Origin: Bacilli bacterium
GTDB lineage: Bacteria > Bacillota_I > Bacilli_A > RF39 > UBA660
Direction: 5' to 3'
NCBI GenBank assembly: GCA_031549195.1
Contig: JAVBQF010000005.1
Coordinates: forward strand, 13,462-77,461
Length of the DNA stretch: 64,000 nt
Under the pieces are notes generated by a model. That model saw only the letters and a program-made list of their open reading frames with translations, did not search any database and was not told the DNA's origin. Shown here in pieces: positions 10,002 through 20,120 of the stretch (position 1 is the first letter of the stretch; each line of letters starts with the position of its first letter). Both the position numbers and the translations under genes were made by a program.

Positions 10002-10952
10002 TTATTTTAATTCCTCTTCAACAATATATCGTGGTCTTTCTTTTGTTTCACTATATACTTTACCAACATACTCTCCAACAACACCAAGTGAAAGCATCTG
10101 AACACCCGCAATTAACCATATTGATGTAACAATAAATGTCCAACCACTAACATTATTTCCTAGAAAATACATAATTACTGAATAGCTTATCATAATTATA
10201 CTTATAAGAAACATTAACAATCCTATTGAAAATATTAGTCTTATTGGCTTTATACTGAAAGAAGTTATCCCATCAAAAGCAAACATTAGCATCTTCTTAA
10301 GTGGATATTTTGATTCACCAGCAAATCTTGCACTTCTTTCATATTCAACAATCGAAGATTTAAATCCAATTAAAGGAATTATACCTCTTAAAAACAAGTT
10401 GACTTCCTTATATGTCTCAAGATGGTCAAGTGTTCTTTTACTCATAAGTCTATAATCAGCATGATTATAAACAACCTCTACTCCCATCTTTTTCATAAAT
10501 TTATAAAATCCTTCAGCTGTAAATCGTTTAAAGAATGTATCTGTTTCTCTTTTGCTTCTAACACCATAAACTACATCAGATCCAGAATAGTACTCACTTA
10601 CAAACTTATCAACAACATCTATATCATCTTGCAGATCTGCATCCATACTAATTACCATATCTGCATATTTTTTAGCGGTCATAAGTCCTGCAAGTAAAGC
10701 ATTTTGATGGCCTCTATTTCTTGATAAATTAACACCACAAAAAAGTGAGTTTTCTTTATTCAATGCTTTTATCATATCCCAAGTCTTATCCTTACTTCCA
10801 TCATTTACAAGCATAACTTTACTTTTTTCAGAAATCACTTTCTTATCAATCAATGTCTTCATTTTAATATTTAATCGTTTTGATGTTTCCGGAAGAACTT
10901 CTTCCTCATTGTAACAAGGTATAACAATATATAATGTTTCTACTTTTTTCAT
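10002..10952 (-). CDS. Family 2 glycosyltransferase (GtrB/undecaprenyl-phosphate sugar synthase-like) with C-terminal TM helices
   Basis: LYIVIPCYNEE...LVNDGSKD...MDADLQDD DxD GT2 core; two C-terminal TM segments as in GtrB/CsbB. Confidence 0.85.
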   Translation of the reverse strand: MKKVETLYIVIPCYNEEEVLPETSKRLNIKMKTLIDKKVISEKSKVMLVNDGSKDKTWDMIKALNKENSLFCGVNLSRNRGHQNALLAGLMTAKKYADMVISMDADLQDDIDVVDKFVSEYYSGSDVVYGVRSKRETDTFFKRFTAEGFYKFMKKMGVEVVYNHADYRLMSKRTLDHLETYKEVNLFLRGIIPLIGFKSSIVEYERSARFAGESKYPLKKMLMFAFDGITSFSIKPIRLIFSIGLLMFLISIIMISYSVIMYFLGNNVSGWTFIVTSIWLIAGVQMLSLGVVGEYVGKVYSETKERPRYIVEEELK

Positions 10953-10958
10953 AAACTT

Positions 10959-12263
10959 CTACTCCTTATCAAATTTCTCTAATTCTTTTACCACTGTATA
11001 TCCAAGTTTAATAGCATAATTTAAACCTCTATCCTCAGGATATATTTGAGGCATAGATGCATTAAATATATTCTCTTTTTCTATTTTTAAACTTGGCAAT
11101 ATTTTAGAATAGTTTTTTGTTATTATAGGTTGTGCATAATTTTCTGTAAACAATTCTATTCTAATAACATCTTTTTCAGAAAATTCTTTATTTATTTTCT
11201 TTAACATAGGTAGGTAAATTTTAAATAATTCCTCTTTATTCTTTTTAAAAAGTGGATCGCCATGAAACATATAATTAGATATATATAAAATATTTTCATT
11301 ATTGTACTTACTTTTGTCAATAAAATTAGTGTGCTCAATTAACCCACCGAATGGTATTTTTTTATCCCCATTATTCAACCAGTAAAATGGCATAAAGCTC
11401 TTTTTCATAAAAAGAATCATAACTTTAGCACCAGTATATTTTATTAAGGATAGATTATGTTTTTCTTTTTTAGTTAAAAATGGATTAGCAAAATCTTGAA
11501 AGTATGGATAAGCCACTGTTGACACTACAAAATCAAAGTCTTTATACTTCTTTTTTGATGCTACTATCGTATATTTACCATCTTCTTTTTTAACTTTATC
11601 TACTTTATTACCACAATTGATTTTTACTTTTCTTTTTTTTAAGTCTTTTTCTAAATAATCAGTTAAAACTTGGTAGCTTCCATCAAGATACCCTAATGAT
11701 TCCCCGTCTTTTTCGTTTGAAGATCCTCTTAAAACAATCTTCCCCCACATCCAAGTCATAGAAACATCTTTATAAGAATTACCAAATTTTGAAATTAAAA
11801 GGGGCTCCCAAATCTTTTCATAAGCATTCTTCCCAGCTACTTTCATTAGCCATTCATGTGCTGATATATTCTCAAGTTTTCTATAGTCCTTTATTGTTTT
11901 AAGTCTAAGTATACTTAATCCAAATCTAAACTTATCAATCAGGTTAAGTGGTTTAAATTTTAAAAGTGATATCGGTGTACCAAATTCATAAATCTTACCA
12001 TCTGTAAAATAGCCCATTTTTGTTTTTGGCCATAGCATCTCCTTTTCAATACCAAACTCTTTCATTAAACCTAAAACATAACTATCACTTTTGAATATGT
12101 GTCTGTAATAGTTTTCTAACTTATCTCCATCGGTTTTAAAAGTAGCAGTCATTCCACCAATAGAATCCATACTTTCAAATACTGTTACATCATATTTTAA
12201 ACTCAATTCTCTTGCTGCAATTATTCCTGTATACCCTGATCCAATTATTGCTATTTTTTTCAT
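10959..12263 (-). CDS. FAD/NAD(P)-binding oxidoreductase (amine oxidase/phytoene desaturase-like fold)
   Basis: N-terminal Rossmann motif KIAIIGSGYTGIIAARELS...VTVFE...GGM. Confidence 0.7.
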   Translation of the reverse strand: MKKIAIIGSGYTGIIAARELSLKYDVTVFESMDSIGGMTATFKTDGDKLENYYRHIFKSDSYVLGLMKEFGIEKEMLWPKTKMGYFTDGKIYEFGTPISLLKFKPLNLIDKFRFGLSILRLKTIKDYRKLENISAHEWLMKVAGKNAYEKIWEPLLISKFGNSYKDVSMTWMWGKIVLRGSSNEKDGESLGYLDGSYQVLTDYLEKDLKKRKVKINCGNKVDKVKKEDGKYTIVASKKKYKDFDFVVSTVAYPYFQDFANPFLTKKEKHNLSLIKYTGAKVMILFMKKSFMPFYWLNNGDKKIPFGGLIEHTNFIDKSKYNNENILYISNYMFHGDPLFKKNKEELFKIYLPMLKKINKEFSEKDVIRIELFTENYAQPIITKNYSKILPSLKIEKENIFNASMPQIYPEDRGLNYAIKLGYTVVKELEKFDKE

Positions 12264-12290
12264 TTTATTACTCCTCTTTATACAATTGCC

Positions 12291-13799
12291 TTAAATTAAC
12301 TTATATAATAAAAATCCATCACTATCCATAATAAATTTATAATTATTTTCTAATATTTCCATCATTTTCCGTATAACATATCCTTCACTTTCAATTACTT
12401 CAATATTTAAAAATATATACTTTGGCTTTTCCCTATTTATATCTTCAATATATTCATGTGCTATTTTATTATCAACTTCACTAATAGGAAATTGATAAAA
12501 ATATTTCGATGCTGATAAAGAATTAGATACTAAGTATATCCTTGAAAAGTTACCAACAACTGTAATCTTATCAGTAATCAAAACTTCTTTTTCAATATAA
12601 TAAGAAATATCTTTTATAGTATTTTTACATTGAGTACTAAATATTTGTCTTTGGAGTATTTTATAAATTGCATTATAGTCACTCTTAAATGCATAAATAT
12701 AAAATGCCGACGAAATTATTAAAATAGAAGCAACAACTAATTTCCTGTTTTTAATAAACTTTTCTACTATACTTTCGAAAAAATCAAAAGACATACCTAC
12801 AAATATTGATAAAGGTGGAATAAGAACCAATGCATAATGCAGATAAATTCTTCCTGATAACGATAATAAGTAATATGATAAAAATAAATATAGAATACTT
12901 ATAATCAAAAACAAGCGATACTTCCTTTTGCTAGAAATAAATAAGATAGATAATGCAAAGATTGAAACTTTTAATAGATTATTTTTTATAAAAAATTGAA
13001 ATGCTGTTATTTTTTCTAAATAATTAACAGAAATATATGAAAAGTTAAAAACAAAATAACTGTCAAAAAATGGCTGTAATGTATTGGTAAGTAAAAAGAA
13101 AATTACAAATGGTAAAATCACACTAAAAAAGCCTATTCCCATTAAAACTAATGATTTAAATGATTCTTTGAAACCTTTTTCACAGAATATTTTTATGATC
13201 ACTGCAGGAACAAATACAATCCATAAAGCTATCATATTCTGCCTTAAGAAAAATACAGTTGCACAACAAATCCCTATTAATATATTACCAAAACCATTTA
13301 TTCTCTCATTTTTTATAAAATATTTTGTAAAAATATATAATGATATAAACATAAAAGGCAATGCATATTCTTCTACAAGATTTCCACCTTCTAATAATTT
13401 AATTATACTACTATAAGCTATAATTGAAGAAGCAATTGAGACTGTCTTACTAGCAAAAAGTCTTATCATTTTATAACAAAATATTATGCCAACCATAAAA
13501 AATACAGTTTCAATTATATATATTCCAAGTTCATTTGGAACAAAAGAACCAATATAATTTATAAGGTATATAATAGGTCCTTTATGATCAAATAAATCGC
13601 GATAAGGTAATAAACCATTACCCAGTTGTTTACCTATATACATGAAAACCGAACTATCTGTAAACATACATATAGGATTAAAAGGTGAAAAAGTACTGCT
13701 AATTAAAAGAATACCAGATACTATAAAAAAGATAATGTATTGAAAATAATTAATTATGGCTTTTTTCATATTATTTAAGGCATTCACTACTTCACTCAC
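12291..13799 (-). CDS. Polytopic membrane glycosyltransferase, GT-C fold (PMT/ArnT-like)
   Basis: About 12 TM helices; first extracytoplasmic loop carries DSSVFMYIGKQLGNGLLPYRDLFDHKGP motif typical of GT39/GT83-type lipid-linked sugar transferases. Completes GtrA/GtrB/GT-C trio. Confidence 0.6.
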   Translation of the reverse strand: MSEVVNALNNMKKAIINYFQYIIFFIVSGILLISSTFSPFNPICMFTDSSVFMYIGKQLGNGLLPYRDLFDHKGPIIYLINYIGSFVPNELGIYIIETVFFMVGIIFCYKMIRLFASKTVSIASSIIAYSSIIKLLEGGNLVEEYALPFMFISLYIFTKYFIKNERINGFGNILIGICCATVFFLRQNMIALWIVFVPAVIIKIFCEKGFKESFKSLVLMGIGFFSVILPFVIFFLLTNTLQPFFDSYFVFNFSYISVNYLEKITAFQFFIKNNLLKVSIFALSILFISSKRKYRLFLIISILYLFLSYYLLSLSGRIYLHYALVLIPPLSIFVGMSFDFFESIVEKFIKNRKLVVASILIISSAFYIYAFKSDYNAIYKILQRQIFSTQCKNTIKDISYYIEKEVLITDKITVVGNFSRIYLVSNSLSASKYFYQFPISEVDNKIAHEYIEDINREKPKYIFLNIEVIESEGYVIRKMMEILENNYKFIMDSDGFLLYKLI

Positions 13800-13888
13800 C
13801 TATCTATTTTATTAAGAATCAAAGTTTGTACATAAATAAATTATACATTAAAAAATATAATTAATCAAATAATTATATTCTTAGAATT

Positions 13889-13912
13889 ATCTATAAAAAA
13901 CACTATTGTGTT
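13889..13912 (-). terminator. Candidate terminator after spoVA genes
   Basis: Minus RNA AACACAAUAGUGUU hairpin followed by UUUUUAU. Confidence 0.4.
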
Positions 13913-13916
13913 CTTA

Positions 13917-14267
13917 TTAATTTTTTGCTTTAAACAATAAGCTGAGTATAAATGTAAATATGATTGCTGATGTTATTCCTGCTGCTGTTAAATCAAACAT
14001 GCCTGTGAATATTCCTATAAATCCTAAATCTGCAGCTTTTTCTAAAGCGCCATGTATTAGTGAATGTCCAAAACTTGTAATTGGTACTAAAGCACCGCCT
14101 CCGACATATTTGATTATTTCGTCATAAATACTAAAGGTATCTAGTGCTGCTCCAATAACTACAAATAAACTTGTAATATGCCCTGCTGTTAGTTTTGTAT
14201 TATCAAGTATTACTTGTCCGATTAAGCAAACCAATCCACAAAATAAGAACGAATATAAATACATCAT
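13917..14267 (-). CDS. spoVAEb: Stage V sporulation protein AEb
   Basis: 116-aa membrane protein; follows spoVAD with 4-nt overlap; GHITSLFVV...GGALVPITSFGHSL pattern shared with SpoVAC/AE family. Confidence 0.8.
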   Translation of the reverse strand: MMYLYSFLFCGLVCLIGQVILDNTKLTAGHITSLFVVIGAALDTFSIYDEIIKYVGGGALVPITSFGHSLIHGALEKAADLGFIGIFTGMFDLTAAGITSAIIFTFILSLLFKAKN

Positions 14268-15265
14268 TTTAACACCTCCAAGCTAACAGCATGAGCAATG
14301 GATAGAATGTTTTCTTTTTGAAATATAAATGTTGGTGAGAATAATGCTCCTGTTGCTACAACTAACACTTTGCTTAATTCTCCCTTTTCTAGCATCGGAA
14401 GTATTTTAGCATATGTCACTAATGAACAACAAGCTGGTCCAGAGCCTCCAGCCATGCATTCCTCTTGTTGATCAAGATCATATAGCAATGTTCCAGTATC
14501 ATTATAATTATTACTTATATCTATCCCATATTCACTATTCATATATTCAATTAATATCTCTTTCCCATATGTCCCAAGATCACCTGTCAATATCAAGTCA
14601 TAATAACCAGCTTCTCTTTTCATGTCTTCAAGATGTTTTTTTATTGTAGCACCTGCCGCTACTGCCATTGCCGCTCCCATATTAAGTGGATCATTTTGAG
14701 CCATATCACATATTTTACCAATTGTAGAAGACTCTACTTTTATTTTACCTTTATTTGACAAGAATAAGGATGCTCCTCCTGTTGCAGTGAATGTTGCTGT
14801 TTTAGGTTTAGGTGCTCCATATTCAGTAGGATTCCTAAACTGTTTTTCACTGGCCATATTATGTGAAGAAATAGCTGTAATACAATTTTTTATCTTCCCT
14901 GTATCTATTAGTGATCCACCTACTATAATTGCTTCCATACTAGAAGCACAAGCACTATATATGCCCAGATGTGCTATATTAAATTTTTTAGCAGCATAAG
15001 TAGAAGCGGTTGTTTGATTAAGTAAATCACCTGATATTAATAAATCAATATCTTTTTTATCTTTCTTAATCTTTTTTAAAAGAATATCTATACTTTCTTC
15101 TTGTAATTTGACTTCTGCCTTCTCCCAAGTATTTTCTCCATTATATAAATCATCGTATGACTTATCAAACTTTCCTTTTAATGGTCCATCGTTTTCATAA
15201 GGGCCGACTACTGTAGCATATCCATTTATAAAAACATTACTATATTTAAAAGTCATATTAAGCAC
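14264..15265 (-). CDS. spoVAD: Stage V sporulation protein AD (thiolase-like fold)
   Basis: 333 aa; KYSNVFINGYATVVGPYENDGPL N-terminus and thiolase-like Cys region; positioned between spoVAC and spoVAEb. Confidence 0.85.
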   Translation of the reverse strand: MLNMTFKYSNVFINGYATVVGPYENDGPLKGKFDKSYDDLYNGENTWEKAEVKLQEESIDILLKKIKKDKKDIDLLISGDLLNQTTASTYAAKKFNIAHLGIYSACASSMEAIIVGGSLIDTGKIKNCITAISSHNMASEKQFRNPTEYGAPKPKTATFTATGGASLFLSNKGKIKVESSTIGKICDMAQNDPLNMGAAMAVAAGATIKKHLEDMKREAGYYDLILTGDLGTYGKEILIEYMNSEYGIDISNNYNDTGTLLYDLDQQEECMAGGSGPACCSLVTYAKILPMLEKGELSKVLVVATGALFSPTFIFQKENILSIAHAVSLEVLK

Positions 15266-15701
15266 CTCCTAAAAATAAGTATCTTATCATTCCAAAGAAC
15301 CAAGCTGATACTATACCATATAAGATAACACTACCTGCAAGTTTGAAAATATTACTTCCAAGTCCATAGATTGGTCCTTCAGTTTTATATTCAATACCTG
15401 CACTTGTCATTGAATGTGCAAATCCTGTTATTGGAATGATTAAACCACACTTTGCAGCAGTTACCCATTTGTCAAAAAAACCTAGGGCAGTTAATACTGA
15501 TGCTACAAATACTAAGGTAACTATCATAAATACTGATGCATCTTTTGTAGGAATATCCAAATAATATGAATATACATCTATTAAAATTTGCCCTACTGCT
15601 CCAATCATTCCACCAATCATAAAAGAAATAAAAGCATTGTATGCTCTTTTCTCTGTTGGCTTATGTTTTTCTACTATTGTTTTATAATCCTTTTTTTCCA
15701 T
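15258..15701 (-). CDS. spoVAC: Stage V sporulation protein AC
   Basis: 147-aa 4-TM protein, paralogous to downstream SpoVAEb (GLIIPITGFAHSMTSAG), first gene of spoVAC-AD-AEb trio immediately downstream of sigF as in Bacillus. Confidence 0.8.
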   Translation of the reverse strand: MEKKDYKTIVEKHKPTEKRAYNAFISFMIGGMIGAVGQILIDVYSYYLDIPTKDASVFMIVTLVFVASVLTALGFFDKWVTAAKCGLIIPITGFAHSMTSAGIEYKTEGPIYGLGSNIFKLAGSVILYGIVSAWFFGMIRYLFLGGA

Positions 15702-15755
15702 AATATCACCATTACTAGTGTTAACAACTATTTTAACTTTTATACAAAAAAAGAA

Positions 15756-16427
15756 TTAGCACGCTATTTTACTATTTAGCGTAGCTAATACTTTTGTTTC
15801 TCTTCTTGATACTTGTACTTGCGTCATCTTAAGTACTTTTCCTGTTTCACTTTGTGACATATCATTATAGAACCTTGACGTTATTAATAACCTATCTTGC
15901 TCTGGCAATTCCCCTATAGCCATTCTGAGTGCTGCAATATCATCATTATACCCTGGCTCTATATATGGAATTTGATCATGTAAACTTATTTCTTTTTCAC
16001 CAGTACTATCAGCTTCTTGATCAAGACTCATAACAAAGTCAGTTGCTATTTTAGCATCAACTAGCCTTTCTTCTGGAACTTCTAAATAACAAGCAAGTTC
16101 AAATGTCGTTGGTGGTCTTTGTAACTTTTGCGTAATCATATCCGCAACCTGATCTGCTTTTCTATTTAATGTTATTAATTTTCTATCAATCTTTATTAGA
16201 TTATTATCTCTTAAATATTTAAAAATAGAACCCGTTATAAAAGTATCTGCATACGTTAAAAAGGTATTCCCTTGGTTCTGATCAAATCCTTTACAAGCAT
16301 TAACAAGCCCAAGCATTCCTTGTTGATATAAATCATCTACATCTGCTATACGTGCATATTTTTGTGCTTTACTATATACATATCTCCCATATTTTTCTAC
16401 TAATTCTTCTTTATTCAATGTTTCCAT
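15756..16427 (-). CDS. sigF: Sporulation sigma factor, SigF-like (group 3 sigma-70)
   Basis: Region 2 DDLYQQGMLGLVNACKGFDQNQGNTFLTYADTFITGSIFKYLRD, region 4 HTH SQSETGKVLKMTQVQVSRRE; directly downstream of spoIIAA-like gene and upstream of spoVA genes. Confidence 0.75.
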   Translation of the reverse strand: METLNKEELVEKYGRYVYSKAQKYARIADVDDLYQQGMLGLVNACKGFDQNQGNTFLTYADTFITGSIFKYLRDNNLIKIDRKLITLNRKADQVADMITQKLQRPPTTFELACYLEVPEERLVDAKIATDFVMSLDQEADSTGEKEISLHDQIPYIEPGYNDDIAALRMAIGELPEQDRLLITSRFYNDMSQSETGKVLKMTQVQVSRRETKVLATLNSKIAC

Positions 16428-16438
16428 ATTATGCTCCT

Positions 16439-16783
16439 TTAAATATTAACTATATTAAATACACTTATTTCATTATTTGTTTCATAAATATCAGTTGTTA
16501 AATTACTACTCTCTATTTTTAATCTGACAATTTCACTAAATCCACATATAAATACTTTTCCATCATTATCCATTAACTTTTTACACTTCTCATTAATAAC
16601 TTCTATTCCACTATTATCTATTGAATAAAGCTTTTCACAATTAATAAGCAAATACTTTATACCAGCTTTAGAAATAATCTTTTCTAAAGTAGCATTCAAC
16701 TCATTACTAGTTTTTTCATTTAATATTCCTTTTAATCTAACAAAAAGAATTCCTCTTTTATATTCAATATCTATATTTAACAC
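16439..16783 (-). CDS. spoIIAA: Anti-sigma-F factor antagonist SpoIIAA (STAS domain)
   Basis: 114-aa STAS protein with phosphorylatable-serine motif YSIDNSGIEVI (cf. DSSGLGVI of B. subtilis SpoIIAA). Confidence 0.75.
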   Translation of the reverse strand: MLNIDIEYKRGILFVRLKGILNEKTSNELNATLEKIISKAGIKYLLINCEKLYSIDNSGIEVINEKCKKLMDNDGKVFICGFSEIVRLKIESSNLTTDIYETNNEISVFNIVNI

Positions 16784-16941
16784 TTATAGATTCACCTCGC
16801 ATATTCAATATAGAGCATATTTTATACATTTTATACAGATTCGACAAAAGTAGATTTTTTTTTGATATTACATTATTCGACAAATATGTTCTCTTAATAT
16901 TATGATAGAACTTATTTTGTCAATTTCCTCAAACAAAAAGG

Positions 16942-17469
16942 CTAAATTACATCGCCTTTTAACAAGTCACCAAAAGTTTTAAAGAAATACGAAATAAATC
17001 CTTGCTTTTCTACATCAGTATCTACTATTAACTCTATTTCCTTTAATGTTTTGTCTTTATATTTTATGATTAATTTACCTACTGCATCACCTTTATTTAA
17101 AGGTAATTTAATATCTTTATCTAATGATACTTCTTTAGTATATTCTACACTTACTTCTGATTTCTTACTTATTATTGTTACATCTTCTTTAGGATAAACA
17201 TTTACTTTACTGACACTCGATTTATTTAATTCTATTGTATCTATTACATCTGTCTTTTTATGTATAAGGGTAGACTTATATAAATTAAATCCATAGTCTA
17301 AAAGTGCTGTTGTCTCTTCATTTCTCACCTTACTTACAGCTTCGCCTAATACGATTGCTACAAGCCTTAAGTTATCCCTTTTAGCAGTTACAGACATACA
17401 ATATTTAGCTGCATCTGTAAATCCAGTTTTAAGTCCATCAGCACCCTCATAAAAACGTACTAGTTTGAT
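16942..17469 (-). pseudogene. dacF: dacF-like D-alanyl-D-alanine carboxypeptidase, C-terminal fragment (KTG motif plus PBP5 C-terminal domain) separated from its 5' half by the inserted element
   Basis: In-frame translation upstream of ORF-track Met reads ...LVRFYEGADGLKTGFTDAAKYCMSVTAKRDNLRLVAIVLG (KTG box); no SxxK/SxN part and no start/signal peptide here; the matching N-terminal half lies at 28331..28978. Confidence 0.7.
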
Positions 17470-17546
17470 TGTATGTTAATATTGCAATAACGAAAAATAC
17501 AAGTATTTATAAGGGTATTATAGAGGAAACAGAGATAAAAATCAAA

Positions 17547-20096
17547 TCAATTTTTAACTTTATATTCAGTAGTGAAATTTGTAATTATCATATCTCCTTG
17601 TAATTTAAACTGATTTAATAGTCTGTCCATTTCTATAACTTGTTTATAAAAATTAGGATCTGCAACATTTTCAGCAAAGTTAGAGATTGCACCTCTAAGT
17701 TTTTCAAGTAAATCTGGAGTCATGATGCGTATTTTAGGATTTGGAGAACAAGCGTGTTCAAATATATGACTATTATGTATCATCACGGGATAATAAGTAA
17801 ATTCGTTGCCTTCATATTCATTTTCAAACCAAGTAGCTGAACCATTCAATTGATTACAATCATGTTTATTAATTGTGTCTGTAGTAGTACCATTCTTACA
17901 CTCAATGACAAAATAAATACCATTTCCAATAACCCAAAGATTATCGGGACCTTTTCCATTGTCTGCTTCCGGACGAGATGAAGTTATTCCTAACATATGC
18001 GAAATATCTTTCAAAGAACTTTCAAAAGTTTCTGCTGTATCCACTGAAAATTCCAATTTTTCCAATAAGGTATTGGCTTTCAAAATATAAGAATTGGAAT
18101 CTAAATTGTTATCATTAATATAGTCTATTATTTTCTGTGCTTGCGTACCAGCTTTTTCAATAAGACGCTGATGTCTAATACCATCTAGTGGGCGAATTAT
18201 ATTTCTATTATATTGCTGTGCTGATAAAAGAATTTGCTGTGCCTCACCTTGATTTGAAAAGTTTGTATACTCAGCCAAAACTTGCATCAAAAATCCTTTT
18301 GTACTTTCGTCAGAAATAGTGTTTTTTGCTTTTTCTATAATTTTTGCTGCCTGAGAATATTGAAAAACTTCTGCACTTTCAAATGCCTCTCGCAAAGCAA
18401 CTGAAATATCATCTATTTGAGGACTTCTTTCATATGATAAAGAAGATAATGCATCTCTACTTGCTTTTATCCAATCAACGTTTCTTGGTAAATTTAGTGA
18501 ATAATTTGTTAAAGAAAATATCTCATCTATGCTAGGGTTAGGATTTCCCATTCGTAATTGATCCCATAATTGCTGAGACAATTCAAATTGTGCAAGCGTT
18601 GCTTTACTAAAATATTCTTTTCCATCCCCACGTATAAGAATATCTTTTAATCCTTTCCCCATAAACACAGCGACACAGTAATCATTATTGGAGCGAACTC
18701 CTCGACCGATACCCTGTTCAATTTTTTGAATTTTATCACTCAACAATCTTTTGTTATTTGGATTGATACCCAGCATTATCGCATCATATTTATTGGCAGT
18801 ATTAGCTACACCATCAATTACAAGAATACGACATGCATCATCTGGCAAATCTATTCCATCATATTTGTTTATTAAAACTACTAATCCAACATGCTCATTT
18901 TTAAGTTGGCTAACACCATTATCTATATTCAAATAATCTAAAGTTAAATCTGAAACATCACTCCAAAAAGCAGCTCTATTTCTAGACGGAACGATAACAA
19001 CAACATTATGAAGTAATGAAAGACTTTTTAATTTTAATTTAATTTCCACATCATTGATTCTTTTATTTATTACTTGAGGGAAAATTAATAAGCGATCTCC
19101 AATATCATTTGCTTTTTCAGGTGTAATTATATTTGTTATTTCGCTCTGTCTTAATCCCATTGCCGTAACAAAAACACTATCATCAGCCAAAGTTGCACTC
19201 ATAAATATTCTACGTTGTGCCTGTTCAAAACTTTTAATTTTTGATATCGGTATGCAATTAGGAGTAATTTCTATGCAACGAGCAGAAACTACACAGTTAC
19301 ACAACGATAAACAATCTTTTATTAAGGGTAGTTTAAACTTGATAAAATCCTTATCACTGTGCTTGTGTAAAATATCTCCAACTTCAGATACTTTATTTTG
19401 CCATACATAAAAAGGAATAAGCATATTAGTGAACGGGTCATGTATCTCTGAAATTTCTTGATATTTTTGATTTGAATATGATTTTAATGCTGTTGAAAAA
19501 ATAGACATTATTGAAGAATATACTTCTTCATCCTCTATAGGAATAGTTATCGTAAACTGATCACCAATAGTTTCTAAACATGCATGAGCATCATCTATCA
19601 AAATGCTACCAATATTAATATTATTATTATCTGAGCGCATACCAAAGACACTCTTACCATTAACTAGTTTATGAATATTGATTACAAGAATAGCTTGTTT
19701 TCTCATAAAGGGATAGTCTTCTTCATCTTGAACTACTTTGATACCTAATTTCTCTGCTTCACTACATACTTGCTGTACAAGATAATTATCTGGGACAACA
19801 TAAACTGCTGGGCCTTTTCCCTCATCAATACAACTTTTTAATATAGTAAGTCCTACAACTGTTTTACCACTTCCAGTATTCATTTTAATAATCGTATTTT
19901 TCTGTTCTCTACTTTCAAACCAAAGTTTCCAAACTTCACTTTGCACATCTCGTGGATATTCATAACTTTTATTCTTCGTTGGCAGTGACATAAAAATATC
20001 ACGTGGTTCTATACTTGATGGTGTTTTTTCAACACCCAATTTGCTAAAATCAATCATCACTTGTTCCTCCATAATATTTAACAAAAAAGATATCAT
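17547..20096 (-). CDS. SF2 DEAH-box helicase with C-terminal VRR-NUC (PD-(D/E)xK) nuclease domain, phage-type
   Basis: Walker A MNTGSGKTVVG, motif II ILIDDAHA, motif VI QGIGRGVRS; C-terminal GKGPDNLWVIGNGIYFVIECKNGTTT matches VRR-NUC G-PD...ExK. Confidence 0.75.
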   Translation of the reverse strand: MISFLLNIMEEQVMIDFSKLGVEKTPSSIEPRDIFMSLPTKNKSYEYPRDVQSEVWKLWFESREQKNTIIKMNTGSGKTVVGLTILKSCIDEGKGPAVYVVPDNYLVQQVCSEAEKLGIKVVQDEEDYPFMRKQAILVINIHKLVNGKSVFGMRSDNNNINIGSILIDDAHACLETIGDQFTITIPIEDEEVYSSIMSIFSTALKSYSNQKYQEISEIHDPFTNMLIPFYVWQNKVSEVGDILHKHSDKDFIKFKLPLIKDCLSLCNCVVSARCIEITPNCIPISKIKSFEQAQRRIFMSATLADDSVFVTAMGLRQSEITNIITPEKANDIGDRLLIFPQVINKRINDVEIKLKLKSLSLLHNVVVIVPSRNRAAFWSDVSDLTLDYLNIDNGVSQLKNEHVGLVVLINKYDGIDLPDDACRILVIDGVANTANKYDAIMLGINPNNKRLLSDKIQKIEQGIGRGVRSNNDYCVAVFMGKGLKDILIRGDGKEYFSKATLAQFELSQQLWDQLRMGNPNPSIDEIFSLTNYSLNLPRNVDWIKASRDALSSLSYERSPQIDDISVALREAFESAEVFQYSQAAKIIEKAKNTISDESTKGFLMQVLAEYTNFSNQGEAQQILLSAQQYNRNIIRPLDGIRHQRLIEKAGTQAQKIIDYINDNNLDSNSYILKANTLLEKLEFSVDTAETFESSLKDISHMLGITSSRPEADNGKGPDNLWVIGNGIYFVIECKNGTTTDTINKHDCNQLNGSATWFENEYEGNEFTYYPVMIHNSHIFEHACSPNPKIRIMTPDLLEKLRGAISNFAENVADPNFYKQVIEMDRLLNQFKLQGDMIITNFTTEYKVKN

Positions 20097-20120
20097 AATT
20101 TTAATGATATCTGAACTAGT

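Noticed and set aside
17547-20096. Interpretation of the 849-aa helicase as a type III restriction Res subunit.
   Set aside because: There is no Mod methyltransferase anywhere in the element. The C-terminal G-PD...ECK block fits VRR-NUC of phage SF2 helicases better than a Res endonuclease domain.
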